A stretch of 64,000 bases of DNA from an uncultured Acidobacteriota bacterium (GCA_963734635.1 CAVTIA010000002.1:486406-550405); one strand, 5' to 3'. Shown: positions 52,359 to 63,751, numbered from the stretch's first letter. Notes: generated by a model from the letters alone, not told the origin. Numbers and translations are program-made.

Positions 52359-55311
52359 CAGAACGTAAATCGCACCGCGAGCTCCGCCTGCTGCCGCGGC
52401 TGGACCTCCAGGATACGTCCGAACGCATCGGACAGCGTGTTTTCCTGGTACGGACTCTGCCAGGCAGCGGTCACCCCGACACCGTAGTTGTCGCGCCCGA
52501 ACAGGTTGAACACCTGTGCGATGAACTCGACGCGCCGGGTCCCGAACGTCACCGCCTTGCTGGCGCGAAGGTCGAACCGGTTGTAGTCGTTGCTGGCGAT
52601 CTGGCTCTCCGGGATCGGCGCCCGACCGTTCTGTGCGCGCCAGGCGTTGACCGCCGCCAGGAACGAGTCGGTCCCCTGGTCTGCCCTGGTTCCGCGTGGT
52701 CCCGGGCACGTAGTCGGTATTCGCAACGCCGTCGGCGTTCAGGTCACGGCCGGCGCGCGCGCTGAGCGGCATCGCCGAGCGCAGCGTCCAGATGCCGCCG
52801 AGGTTGATCTCGAACGGCAACACCACCGAGCCGCTCGCCACGAGCCCGTGACGGCGGTCACCGCTGCCCGGCCCGTAGTCGAGGGACGGATTGTAGAAGT
52901 CGGTGACGACGGCCGTGGCGACGCCCGTCGAGCCCGAGTTCCGTTCCTTCGCTAACGTGTACCAGAGCATGTACTGATGCCGGTCGGCTAAACGCTTGTC
53001 GACGCCGCACGTACATCGCCCGGTAATCGTGGAACCCGCGCGATCCCAGCTCGGTGACGTTCCCCCACCGGCGATCGGCCGCCGGCCCGTCGCCGGATCC
53101 GGCGTGTTGATGTTGGCCGGCTGGATCATCTGTCGACATCCGTGAAGACGCCGTCGACATGCACCGCCAGGTTCGGCCGCAGCTGCTGCGAGAAGCCGAT
53201 CGTTGCGCCCTTCGCCTGCGCGTTCTCGATCTCGTCGTCTCAGGATGTTGACGTTCGGCGCCGCAGATACGCACAACGAATGTCTGCGGCGAAAGCCCGC
53301 CGTACGGATCGGGATACGAAGGATTCCGGATGTTGACCTGGCTCTGCAGCAGCGTCGTCAGCTCCGACCGCAGCTGGTTCTGCATGACGTACTGGTAGTA
53401 CGCAGCCGAACGCCGCCCGAACGACGGATCGGCCATCGCCCGTTCACGTCCCACGCCACACCGAGGCGCGGCGCGACGTTGTCGTTGTCGCCGCGCGAAC
53501 TCGGCGTGATCAATTCGCTCATGCGTTCCCGCACCGGCGAGGGTGATGTGGTTGTTGAACGAGCTGGTACTGGTTGTCGTACCGCAGCCCGAGGTCGACG
53601 GTCACGTTGGAACGCACGCGCCACTGATCCGCCACGTACCCCTGGATCCAGTGGTTCTCGCAGGTTCCGCGGCAGCGGCGGAAACGACGCCGTGAATTGA
53701 ATCGGGCTCCGTCAGCTTCGCCATCGCCGCCCGGCTGCCGTCGAAGAACTGGTCGCGGTCGAAGACCCAGGTGCCGAGGTTGACGCCCTGCTCTTCCGGT
53801 GAGAGCAGGCGCACGTAGCGCGCCGCCGAATTTCAGTGAGTGGGTTCCCATCGTCCAGGAGAAGTCGTCGCGATACTCCTGGTCCGGTCGGTCCAGTTCA
53901 TGCGACAGGTGTTCGAGCCCCAGAGCAGGCTCGGGAACTGGAAGATCGCGGGCGTATATCTGGGCGAACCGCTCCGGCGGGAATTCACCCTTCCGGGTCC
54001 GGATCCCAGCACGGTATCCCGGAGGCGCGTTCCGGTTGTCGAGATGCGACGGCGGCATCTGGACTCGCAACTCGTTCAGCATCCGCGATCCGATGACCCA
54101 CGTGTGCGCGACCAGGTTCGAATCGCGCGGCGACCAGACGTTGGCGCCGACATAGGCCGCGTTGAAGCCGCCGCAGGTTTCGCACTCGATGTGCTCCAGG
54201 TCGGTGACATAGCGCCAGAAGAGCTTCTGCTGCTGGTTGACCTGGAAGTCGACGCGCGCGAACCAGGCGCGCCGCATGTACGTGCGCGGGAAGCTGCCTT
54301 CGAGCGCGGAGTAGAACTGTGGCTGTCCGGTGTTGACGATCGCGGTCGCCGTCCTCTGCCGACCGCTCGAACGATGCGAAGAAGTGGAGCCGATCGTGGA
54401 TGATCGGACCGCCAAGGGCCGCACCCGCCGAATGTCGCCGGTAGTCGGGCTTCGGCTCACCGGTCGTGTCGTGCCGCTCCTTCTCGAGCTTGTCGAACGC
54501 GTTGAGGCTCTTGTCGCGGAAGAACTCGAACACCTCGCCGTGGATCTGATTCGTGCCGCTCTTGGTGGCCACCAGCACGACGCCGCCGACGGCATTGAAC
54601 TCCGCCGACGACTGGCTGATGTTCACGTGGAACTCCCGGACCGCCGACTGCGGGCACCTCCAGGTGCTGCTGCCCGGAGTTGTTCGACGTGTTCATGCCG
54701 CCGTCGACGTGGTAGAGGTTCATCTGCTGGCCGTTGCCACCGCCGGCGCCGATCGTGGCCGTCGGCCGGCGTCCCGACAGGTTGAATTCATGCTGGTGCC
54801 CGGCAACAGCAGGGCGAGCGAGATCGGCATCCGGTTCGCGACCGGCAGCGATTCTCAATCTGTTCCTGCGTCACCACGGCCGCCACTTCCGTCTGCGTCG
54901 TCTCGACGACCGGCGCTTCCGCCGTGACCGTAGACCGTCTCCTGCAGCGTCTGCAGCGCCATCGTCAGGTCGCGCTGCACCTCGAGGCCGATGGTGATGG
55001 TGATGTCGCTGACCTCGGCGTTCGCGAATCCTCCGAGCTCGGCCGTCAGGTCGTAGCGTCCGGGCGGCAGGCCCGGGCAGCCGGTACGTGCCGTCGCCTT
55101 CGGTGACGGCCGCTCGCACGACACCGCTTTCCACGTTGCGCAGCGTCAGGTTGACGCCGGGAAGCACCCCGCCCTGCGCGTCTCGGATCGTGCCGGCGAT
55201 CACGCCGCCGGCGCTCCCTTGCGCCGCGGCTGATGCGCGTCAGTCCCAGCAGGCACGCCAGGACGAGCGCCAGAGGTTACGAACCCCACCAATCCGACGC
55301 CAGATGTCCAT
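52358..55311 (-). pseudogene. TonB-dependent receptor with carboxypeptidase-regulatory-like domain (copy 3), heavily frame-disrupted
   Basis: ATG at 55311 after GGAGG. Recognisable pieces in many frames: IAGTIRDAQGGVLPGVNLTLRNVESG, GRYDLTAELGGFANAEV, TKSGTNQIHGEVFEFFRDKSLNAFDKLEK, QPQFYSALEGSFP, VDFQVNQQQKLFWRY, NPSYPDPYGGLSPQTF, INTPDPATGRRP, VVTDFYNPSLDYGPGSGDRRHGLVASG and the C-terminus AELAVRFTF. I estimate at least ten frame changes. Confidence 0.8.
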
Positions 55312-55396
55312 GAAATCCTCCACTGACTTCGTGAGCGATTCACGCAAGAAAGGTCACCGGGGTTCGGGTCCGAACTTCTGCTCGGTTTCAGCCACG

Positions 55397-55412
55397 TCAG
55401 GCACATGCCTGA
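55397..55412. promoter_or_regulatory. perfect palindrome TCAGGCA-CA-TGCCTGA upstream of receptor 3
   Basis: Read directly. The palindrome lies 86 nt (near edge) to 101 nt (far edge) upstream of the ATG at 55311. It is a candidate operator. Function is unknown. Confidence 0.35.
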
Positions 55413-55489
55413 ATGATTCCCAATGTGTCGATATCAGGCGTTACGGCGCTATGAATCAAATGAAGGGTCGCAGTTCAGTGGCGGGTAGT

Positions 55490-55837
55490 CTAATCCCGGA
55501 GATGATCCGTGTCGAGGTCCTCGTCCACGCTGCTCGGCAGGCGCGCTCGCAACCAACGAATCTGCCCGCGATGATTGATTTCATCTTCGGCGACATGAAA
55601 CCACGCCCAATGGCGCTCTACCACGACGATGTGAGCCAGGAGAGCGCCGATTGAGTTGCTCTGCGCATCGTGCAGATGATTGAGCTCTGCGAGCGTCAGC
55701 CCTTCTACCGCAGCTATGGTGGTGGCCTCGCATAGGTCAACATGCCAACGAGCCTTCCGATCGCCGGCGTGTAGCCCGGGATTGGCTCGATCCGAAGTGG
55801 CGATGGATGCCAGCAAGTCAGCCGCAATCTCGAGCAC
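55490..55837 (-). CDS. DinB_2-like protein (unusually short)
   Basis: LTLAELNHLHDAQSNSIGALLAHIVVVERHW and EINHRGQI resemble DinB-family helices. At 115 aa it is shorter than usual, so an internal loss is possible. Confidence 0.45.
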   Translation of the reverse strand: MLEIAADLLASIATSDRANPGLHAGDRKARWHVDLCEATTIAAVEGLTLAELNHLHDAQSNSIGALLAHIVVVERHWAWFHVAEDEINHRGQIRWLRARLPSSVDEDLDTDHLRD

Positions 55838-56534
55838 CTGTCACGCGTGCTGCAGCCACATCATGAGAACGGCGCTCGAGGAGTCTGATGACCGCGGCGA
55901 AAATCGCGTAAGCCGCAAGCGCGGTTACGGCCGCGGCGTTGTCGGAGGCGGGCGGCGGACCAAAGAAGACGTAGGCCTGAATGGCCAGCATGATGAGCCC
56001 AAACAGGACGATCGGCGCGACTCGCACGCGGTCTCGCACGAGATATAGCCACATCCCACCGAAGAGCAACACCGTCTCAAGGCCGAAAGCCGCTACAGGG
56101 TGATTCCACAACCCGAGGCCAACCTTCGCGGCGTCATCGTAGATAGGCAAATCGGGACGGTGGACGATGAAGTCGAGAACCCAATGAGAGAAGACTGCTA
56201 CTCCGATCACGAACGGCGCTGTCCTTCCAGCATTCGGCACCGCAAGTCGGTAGGTAACAGCCGCCGCAAGTGACCAGAGAATCGCTGCGACGAGACTATG
56301 CGTGTACGGCATGTAGTAAAGGTCGAGAGGGTTGGAAGCGGTAATCCCTGGGAGAATGCGCACTTTCTCGACGCCCAGGAGAACGAGCGGCGCCCAGACG
56401 ACATCGAGCAGCTGCACAGCAATGAAAAGAACCCAAAGCGGGATCGCGAAGCCACGTGCCCTGGCAGCAAAGCTGACGCCGTAGTGGCCAACAAACACGG
56501 CCGCCTCCTCTTCCGCAGGCGCCGAAATCTGCAT
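55818..56534 (-). CDS. integral-membrane metal-dependent hydrolase-like protein (DUF457/YdjM-like)
   Basis: Multi-pass hydrophobic with YTHSLVAAILW and FSHWVLDFIVHRPDLP. The ATG shares one base with the kinase stop (TAATG at 56532-56536). Confidence 0.5.
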   Translation of the reverse strand: MQISAPAEEEAAVFVGHYGVSFAARARGFAIPLWVLFIAVQLLDVVWAPLVLLGVEKVRILPGITASNPLDLYYMPYTHSLVAAILWSLAAAVTYRLAVPNAGRTAPFVIGVAVFSHWVLDFIVHRPDLPIYDDAAKVGLGLWNHPVAAFGLETVLLFGGMWLYLVRDRVRVAPIVLFGLIMLAIQAYVFFGPPPASDNAAAVTALAAYAIFAAVIRLLERRSHDVAAARVTGARDCG

Positions 56535-59500
56535 TAGGTGCCGTTTTCGCGCGCCGCTTTAGGCTTCCGTGGAAGCAGCACAGTGAAAGTAGTCCCATCA
56601 CGATCAGGCGACCGCACGCTGATCGATCCTTGGTGGGCACGGACGATCTCACTCGCAATGAACAGCCCCAGGCCGATCGATTCATTCTCTCGAGCCGTCT
56701 CCCCTTTACGGAAGGCCTCGAAGATCGTCGCTTGCAGCTCTTCCGGAATCGGCGGGCCGAAATTGTGAACGGCGACGGCGACGGCATCGGGTTCGGTGTC
56801 ACGCACCCGGACGCTTACGGGACCTTTCGTCCCGTGCTGAATCGCATTGCCGATCACGTTCGAAAGAACTTGTGCGATCCGATCCGCGTCGCAGACGACG
56901 TCGCCGTGTCCTTCGATATCGAGCTCGATCGTCTGATCGGGCCTGCTCATGCGCAGCTCGTCGACCACGGTATTGCAGATCTGATGCAGATCGGCCGGCA
57001 AGAACTTGAGATCGAAGCTCATGCCGGCACGAATCCGCGCGAAGTCGAGTATATGGGCGAGCATCCGCGTCATCCGGTTTGCGCTCGTCTGGATTCCCTG
57101 GACCAGTTCCTCCTCGCGAATCGGCAACTCGCTCTGGCTGAGGATTCGCGCGGCCATGCTGATTGCCGCAAGAGGATTGCGCAAGTCGTGGCCGACGACG
57201 GCCACAAGACGTTCGCGGAGCGCGGCGGCTTCTTCGGCGCGCTCTCTATCGGCCTTCGCGGCCTGGAACAGCTGCGCGTTGTGCATGGCAAGGGAGGCGC
57301 GATGTGCCAGCTCCTCGGCAAACGCCAGATCCCTCTGGTTGTAGTACCTGGTTCCCGTTGCCGCGAAAACCATCACGCCGACGGTCGAATTCGCCCGACA
57401 CGATCGGAACGTGGATGAATGAAGAGATGCGAAACCTGCGCATCAGGGAAATGATGTTCTCATCGACCTCTTCGTTCAAAAAGCCATTCTGGCGTCCACC
57501 TGGAATTGAACTCCGCGCGTCCCGTCTGCATGACTCGGCGGCTCGGAGGGCCCACGCGGTAGGTGCCGCTCCGCAGCATTTCTCGCAGGATGGCGAGCAG
57601 TTCCGGATTCGCGGCATGCACCACGGCGAGCTGCAGTTCATCCGGTCTGCTGATCCTTGAGATGGACGAGCACGACGTCGGAGAAGGAAGGCACCGCCAT
57701 GCGAGCCATGGCGGACAGGGTCTGCTCGAAGTCGAGCGACTCCGCCAGGAGACGTGACGCGTCGGCGAGAATCGCCATCGATTGCTCGGCGTACTTGAGC
57801 TCCGTGATGTCTGCGACCGCGCCGGTCAGGACCTCCCCGCCGACGTCCTTGTCAAAGAGAACGCGACCGCGATTCCGAAGCCAGCGAATCTCACCGTCCG
57901 CCAGCACGACCCGATGGTCGCTTCTGTACGGGCGCCCGGTCGTGATCGACTCGTCGAGACGCCTGCGCAACCCGGGCCCTGTCCTCGGGATGGACGACTC
58001 GGATGGCGTCGCGAATCGCTGAACTGTTTCCTCTTCCTCCAGCCCGAACAGGCGATTCAGGCTCGCATCGGCGAGGAAGAACTCCGTCTTCACGTCCAGG
58101 CGCCACGTGCCGACGGCCGCCGCGATCGAAGCCGACTGGAGGCGTTCGGCCAGTCTGCTCCGCTTCCTGCTCGCGTTGCTTTCTTCGCGTGATGTCCTGC
58201 AGTGAGCCGACAATGCGCACGGCCTTGCCCGTTTCGTCCCGGACGATGAGGCCGCGGGCGACGAGATCGGCGTACGTTCCATTCTTCCGGCGAAAGCGAT
58301 ATTCCTCCTCCCAGAGCGGCTTGCCCGAATCGACCGCGAGCTCGACGCTGAGTGACGCACGCGTTCGGCGTCCTCCGGGTGGATGCGCTCGGTCCACCAG
58401 TCCAAGGTGCCTTCCGCCTCTTGCGCGTCTCGTAGCCGAAGGTGGCCAACCCGCCGTTCCAATGAATGACACCGATCTCCAGATCCCACTCCCACACGAC
58501 ATCTCCGGTGGCCTGCAAGACCATCCGGTACCGGTCGCGCGAAGCGCTTGGCATCCCAGAGGCGCTCGCGGTCACGTTCGGCCGCGTCTCGCTCGATCGC
58601 GATTCGCGCGAGGTTCGTCGCCAGATCGATCAGGCTGCAGATGCATCGATGAAGGAGTGAACGGCTGTCGGTGGTACATGGCGAACGTGCCGAGCACGTT
58701 CGCCGCGCGCAGACACGATCGGTGTCGACCAGCACGCTCTGATGCCGAGCTGCGAGGGCCGCGATCCTTGTAGTCCGTCCACAGCGGATCCCGCGCGATG
58801 TCGGTCACGATCACCGGGCGCCCCAGGAACGCCGCCGTGCCGCACGACCCCGCGCGCGGACCGATCGCAACCCCGTCGATTGCGCGCCTGTAGCGTATCC
58901 GGCAGGCTGGGCGCGGCACCGTGCCGCAAGTGCTTCCGATCCTCGGACAGGAGCAAGGATCGGACGCCATCCCGTCGACCTGCTCCTCGAGGATGCGCGT
59001 CAGCTCCTCGAGGACGTCGGGCCAGCGGATGCGGGCTGCGCGATCATCTCCAGCACGCGCGACTGGCCTTCCAGAAGCAGGAGGAGCTTCGCACGATCCC
59101 CTCTCCTCGACCAGATGCTTGAGCGCCGACCAGGCACCTCCTTCGAGCTGCGGTCTGAGCTGCGCGGCGTTGGTATCAGTTGATTGGGAGCCCACCGGAT
59201 GCTGCGTCCAATGCATGAGTGAGAACGTCCGAGCTCCAGACACTTCGTGCTGCAGCACCAACCGCTGCGTGCCGCCGCCGGCTTGCAGCGCCTGTTCGAG
59301 CGCGAGCTCGGCCAATCGGATGAGATCCTGACCGCTGACTGCCGGCAGTTGAGCGCCCCCAGATCCCCGCCGCGCCCACGCCGCGCACGTGCGTCGTTTC
59401 GCTCCAAGCTGGCCAGGAGCGCGCGGATCTCGCCGCTGCGTCCGGCCTGCGGATGTCGCTTGTAGACCGCCACGCGCGTCGGTCCCAGCGCGCCGGCACC

Positions 59501-60215
59501 CAGACGTTCGCGGTCTCCGCGCCTGCAGGACCGCTTCGCGCATCTGCTCGGATCGTCCATCTCGACGACGGCGAGCTCCATCGACCCCGGCTCTGGCGCA
59601 GCAGCCGCAGCTCGGCGTCGACGAGCACCTCCAGCGAGGGACGCAGCATCATTCCCGCGCCCGAGCCTTCCGGGCAGTTCCGACTCGGGCCGTCCGAGCG
59701 CGAGCAGCCTGAACAAGCAGTGAGCCCTGGCGACCGACCTGCTCGAGAATCGATGAGGTCCTCCGCAGAGGTCCTCCGCGCCTGCGAATCGAGTCAGGCA
59801 GATGACGCCGATCGGGATTCCCTCCGGGGCCAGCAGCGGGACGCCGGCAAAGAATCGGACGCCCTCGAGACGGTAGGGTCCCGTCGAGAAGCACGCGTGC
59901 ATCGACGCGTCGGCGAGCACCAGCGACGAGCTGCTCTCGAGGATTTCGTAGCAGGGCGGCGAGCTGTCCGGGCGAGGTCGAGCCCGACCGTGAACGAGGC
60001 GATCGCCGGCAGCCGCGAACACCGTCAGGCGACCGTCGTCCATCAGAGCCGTCAGGGCCGTCTCGAGACCGAAGTACGCCGCCAGCCACGCCATCTGACC
60101 GGCCGCCTTCTGCTCGACTTCCCGCCGGATTCGCGCGACGAAAGTCGTCGGCCGTCTTGCGCGCACGTGTGCGAGCGGCCGCCGAGTTGGCGCGCTCGCG
60201 GGCGGCCGTCTCCGC
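56534..60215 (-). pseudogene. very large multi-domain sensor histidine kinase locus (GAF, degenerate GGDEF-like, GAF, PAS, PAS, GAF, HisKA, HATPase_c), heavily frame-disrupted. Only the last 280 codons (56534..57376) form one intact ORF.
   Basis: The intact 3' ORF has the H-box VVGHDLRNPL, N-box VLSNVIGNAIQHG and G-box IGLGLFIASEIV. Upstream pieces, in several frames, include LLAESLDFEQTLSAMARMAVPSFSDVVLVHLKD, ELQLAVVHAANPELLAILREML, ISSFIHVPIVSGE, PAS text GTWRLDVKTEFFLADASLNRLFGLEEEE..IHPEDR, LLEGQSRVLEMIA..GSCGTAAFLGRPVIVTDIARDPLWTDYK..LGTFAMYHRQP and MAWLAAYFGLETALTALMDDGRLTVFAAAG..VRFFAGVPLLAPEGIPIGVICL. Whether this is one gene or two cannot be settled by eye. Confidence 0.65.
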
Positions 60216-60225
60216 ACTGACCCGC

Positions 60226-60642
60226 TCACCCGAGCAGGCCCAGCGCCACGAACTCGCGAAGGTCCGCGGGCGCGACCGGCTTGCGCACGAACATCAGGGC
60301 TCCCCGGCGGAGCGCTTCCTCCTCCGTCAGCTCGAACCCGGAGCAGAGAATCGCCGGCGGGATCGGCGGCGCGAGGTCGCTGCGGAGCCGGGTCAGGAAC
60401 TCGAGCCCGTCCATCCCCGGCATGATGAGGTCGAGCAGGATCAGGTCCGGCTTCTGCGTCTTTGTCTTCGCGAACCCCTCCTCGCCGGACGACGCCGTCA
60501 TGACCTCGTAGCCCGCGTCCTCGAGGACCAGTCGAAAGAACTCCTGCAGCTCCTTGCTGTCGTCGACGACGAGAATGCGCTTCGTTTCGGCTCGGCCATT
60601 CAGATCCTCCGTCGCCGGATGGGGCTGCCAAGCGATGCACAA
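60226..60642 (-). CDS. response regulator receiver-domain protein
   Basis: KRILVVDDSKELQEFFRLVLEDAGYEVMTASSGEEG...PDLILLDLIMPGMDGLEFL...VRKPV. The true start is probably downstream of the ATG at 60642. Confidence 0.8.
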   Translation of the reverse strand: MCIAWQPHPATEDLNGRAETKRILVVDDSKELQEFFRLVLEDAGYEVMTASSGEEGFAKTKTQKPDLILLDLIMPGMDGLEFLTRLRSDLAPPIPPAILCSGFELTEEEALRRGALMFVRKPVAPADLREFVALGLLG

Positions 60643-60771
60643 GACGTGCCTTACAGCGGCAAGGAAATTCTCGCGGGATGCGCAACAGGTAGGTCTTTAT
60701 GCGTATGTGACCATTCGCGTGCAGGTGAAGGTGGCTTCGCGGCGAGGTGGGCAGACTCGGTCTCACGCGGG

Positions 60772-60813
60772 CCGGGTCCGAAACGCAGGCCGGGTCCGAA
60801 AGGACCCGGCCTG
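60772..60813. repeat. REP-like stem-loops, family C (two overlapping copies)
   Basis: ccgggtccgaaacgcaggccgggtccgaaaggacccggcctg, between receptor 4 and the response regulator. Confidence 0.8.
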
Positions 60814-60820
60814 GCGAATG

Positions 60821-63751
60821 TCAGAACCTGAACCGAACCCCGAGCTCCATTTCCTGACGTGCGCCGCCTACCGTGTACCGTCCGAATGAATTGGACAGTG
60901 CGCTGTTCTGGAAGACGCCGCCAGTTCCGCCAATCAGGTTGTCGCGGCCGAACACGTTGAACACCTGCATCAGCAGCTCCACGTTGGTGCCCGACGGCAG
61001 GTTGAACGTCCGGCTGAGACGCGGATCGACGCGGTTGAAGTCGCTGCTCTCAATCTGACCCTCCGGAATCGCCGCCAGTCCGCGGACGGCACGCCAGGCA
61101 TTGACGAGCTCGAGGAGCCGCGCGGTCCCCTCGCTGTCCCTGCCCGCCATGTTCCGCGTGACGCCCGGCACGCAATCGACTGTCCCGTCGCCCGTCAGAT
61201 CAACGCCGCTCAGAGCGTCGAACGGCAGCGCCGACCGGATCGTCCAGACGGCACCCAACGAGATGTCGTACGGGATCCGTGCGTAGCCGCTCGCGACGAG
61301 CGAGTGCTTGCGGCCCGTCGGCCCCGTCTCGAGGTCCGGGTTGTAGTAGTCAGTGATGTTGCTGACGTTGTTCTCGGTCCAGTCACGCGTGTACGACAGC
61401 AGGTACTGGTACCCGTTGGCGAAGCGCTTGTCGAGGCGACGTAGATCGCCCGATAGTCGCTCCATCCGTTCGCGGCCAGCTCGGTGACGTTGCCCCAGTT
61501 GGCCAGCGGGCGCCGGGCGTTGATCTGCGCGGCGGTGAAGGTGATCGTCGCCGCCTGAGCCGCCGTCAGCGTCTTGAAGTCGAACACCGGGCTAGGCCTG
61601 GTTGATGTTCTGCGTCCGCGAGAGCTCCGCAGATCCGTGTACACCCCGTCGACGTGCAGCGCCAGGTTCTGGTACAGCTGCCGCGAGATGCCAGCCGTCA
61701 CCGTGTCACCCGAGGCGTTCTCGATGTTGTCGTCGAGGATGTTGATGTTCGGCCGCGCCGAGACCGTCACGAATGCCTGCTGCGACAGGCCGCCGTACGG
61801 ATCCGGGTAGGACGGGTTCGTGATGCTGATGGCGTTCTGCTTCAGCGCTGACTGCTCGTTGCGAAGCGCGCCCTGCGGCAGGTACTGTAGAAGCGCCCGT
61901 ATGCGGCGCGGACGACGGTCTGTCCGTCCTCTCGTACGTCCCACGACATTCCGACACGCGGCCGAAGTTGTTGAGGTCGCCGCGCGAGTCAGGATTGATG
62001 AACTGCCGCAGACTCTCGCGGCCCGTCAGGTCCATCTGGTTGTTGAACGAACGGTACTGGATGTCGTGCCGGACGCCGAAATTCAGCGTGAGGTTGCTCC
62101 TGGGCTTCCATTCGTCCTGGACGTACCAGTTGATCCAGTAGTTCTGCATCTTCCGGGTCGTATCGGGAAACGACGCGGTGAAGGAAATCGGGGTCCTCAG
62201 GTTGGCAATCGCCGCCGCTGACCCGTCGAAGAACTGATCCGCGCCAAAGGTCCACGTGCCGCGATTGGCCGTCACGTCCTCCGGCGAGATGTACTGGGCG
62301 TAGTTCTCCGCCGAACTTGAACTGGTGCTGACCCCGGACGTGCGAGAAGTCTTCCTTGATCTCGAACCGGTTGGTCCAGTTCAGGCTCTGGGCGTTCGAG
62401 CCCCAGTGGAAGCTCGGGAAGTTGTAGATCGGCGTGAACCCCTCGAACCGCTCGGCGGGGAACTCGCCCGGCTGGTCCCACTTCGACGTTCCGGGAGGTC
62501 CAGTGGCGTGGCGAAGGCGCGCAGGCCACTGTACGCGCAGGTCGTTCAGCGTTCGCGAGCTGATGACCCACGTGTGTCCCGTGACGACGTGTGTCGCGAG
62601 GCGACTCGACGAAGGAGTCGCAAGAACGCCGCGTTCGCGCCACCGCACGCTCTCGCAGTCGATGCGCTCCTTGTCGAGCGCGTAGCGCATGAAGAAGCTC
62701 TGCTGTTGGGTGAGCTGCACGTCGACCGCGAACGAAGTACTTCCGCCGCAGGTAATCCGTCGGGAACGTGCCGTGAAGCGCGCTATAGAACTGCGGTACG
62801 CCCGCTATTGACAGTGAACGACTTGTTCTCGGTGAGCCACTCGATGGCGCCGTAGAAGTGCGCGCGGTCGCGGATGATGGGCCCGCCGATGCCGATGCCC
62901 CACTGGTTGCGCCGGTAGTCCGGCTTGCCGCGCCCGACGCCTCGCTGATCGCGCGTGATGGCGTTGAGGCTCGTGTCGCGGAAGTACTCGAGCAGCTTCG
63001 CCGTTGAACTGGTTGGTTCCGCTCCGGGTGACGGTGCTCACCAGGCCGGCCACGTTGCCGCCGTGCTCGGCCGACGCCTGCGCGACGTTCACGCGGAACT
63101 CCCGGACCGCCATCATCGGCATCTCGGCGTGCTGCTGGCCGGAGTTCGTGCGACCAGTTCGAGGCGCCGTCCACGAAGTAGGCGTTCATCTGGTTGTTGA
63201 TGCCGCCCGCCCCGATGTTCGCCTGCGCCCGCCGCACCTGCGTGTTGTCCATGTTGGTGCCCGGCAGCAGCAGCACGAGGCTGGCCGGCTGACGGTCGGA
63301 CATCGGCAGCGTATCGATCTGCTCCTGCGGTGATGACCTGCGCGACGTCGGTGCGCGTGACCTCGATCACCGGCGCCTCCGCCGTCACGGTGACCGATTC
63401 CTGCAGCGTCTGCAGGCTCATTGTCACGTCACGCTGCAGCGAGAGCCCGATCGTGATCGTGATGTCCCGGTATTCCGCATTCGCGAAACCTGCCAGTTCC
63501 GCGACCAGCTCGTACCGGCCGGGCGGCACGCCCTGCAATCGATATGTCCCGTCACTTTCGGTGACGGCGCTTCGGGTTACCCCACTTTCCGCGTTACGAA
63601 GCGAGAGCGTCACCCCCGGCAGAACGCCTCCCTGAGCGTCCCTGATGGTTCCGGTGATCATGCCGCCTGTTTGTGCAGTCGCCGGAACTGCGAACAGCAG
63701 CGCCAGCAGCACAATCAGAAAGGATCGCGCCCCCACGAGAGCATCCCTCAT
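60821..63751 (-). pseudogene. TonB-dependent receptor with carboxypeptidase-regulatory-like domain (copy 4), multiply frame-disrupted
   Basis: ATG at 63751 after GGGAGGAG. Pieces: MRDALVGARSFLIVLLALLFAVPATAQ..ITGTIRDAQGGVLPGVTLSLRNAESG, LPMSDRQPASLVLLLPGT, VREFRVNVAQASAEHGG..TRSGTNQFNGE, NPSYPDPYGGLSQQAFVTVSARPNI, GTWTFGADQFFDGSAAAIANLRTPISFTASFP, and an intact C-terminal ORF 60821..61465 ending MELGVRFRF. Confidence 0.8.

Noticed and set aside
59000-60766. 588-aa ORF taken at face value as one protein
   Set aside because: Only its middle part (GAF text) and its last few codons (LLEGQSRVLEMIA) read as real protein. The 5' part is a shadow frame over the response-regulator gene. It was treated as part of the disrupted sensor locus instead.
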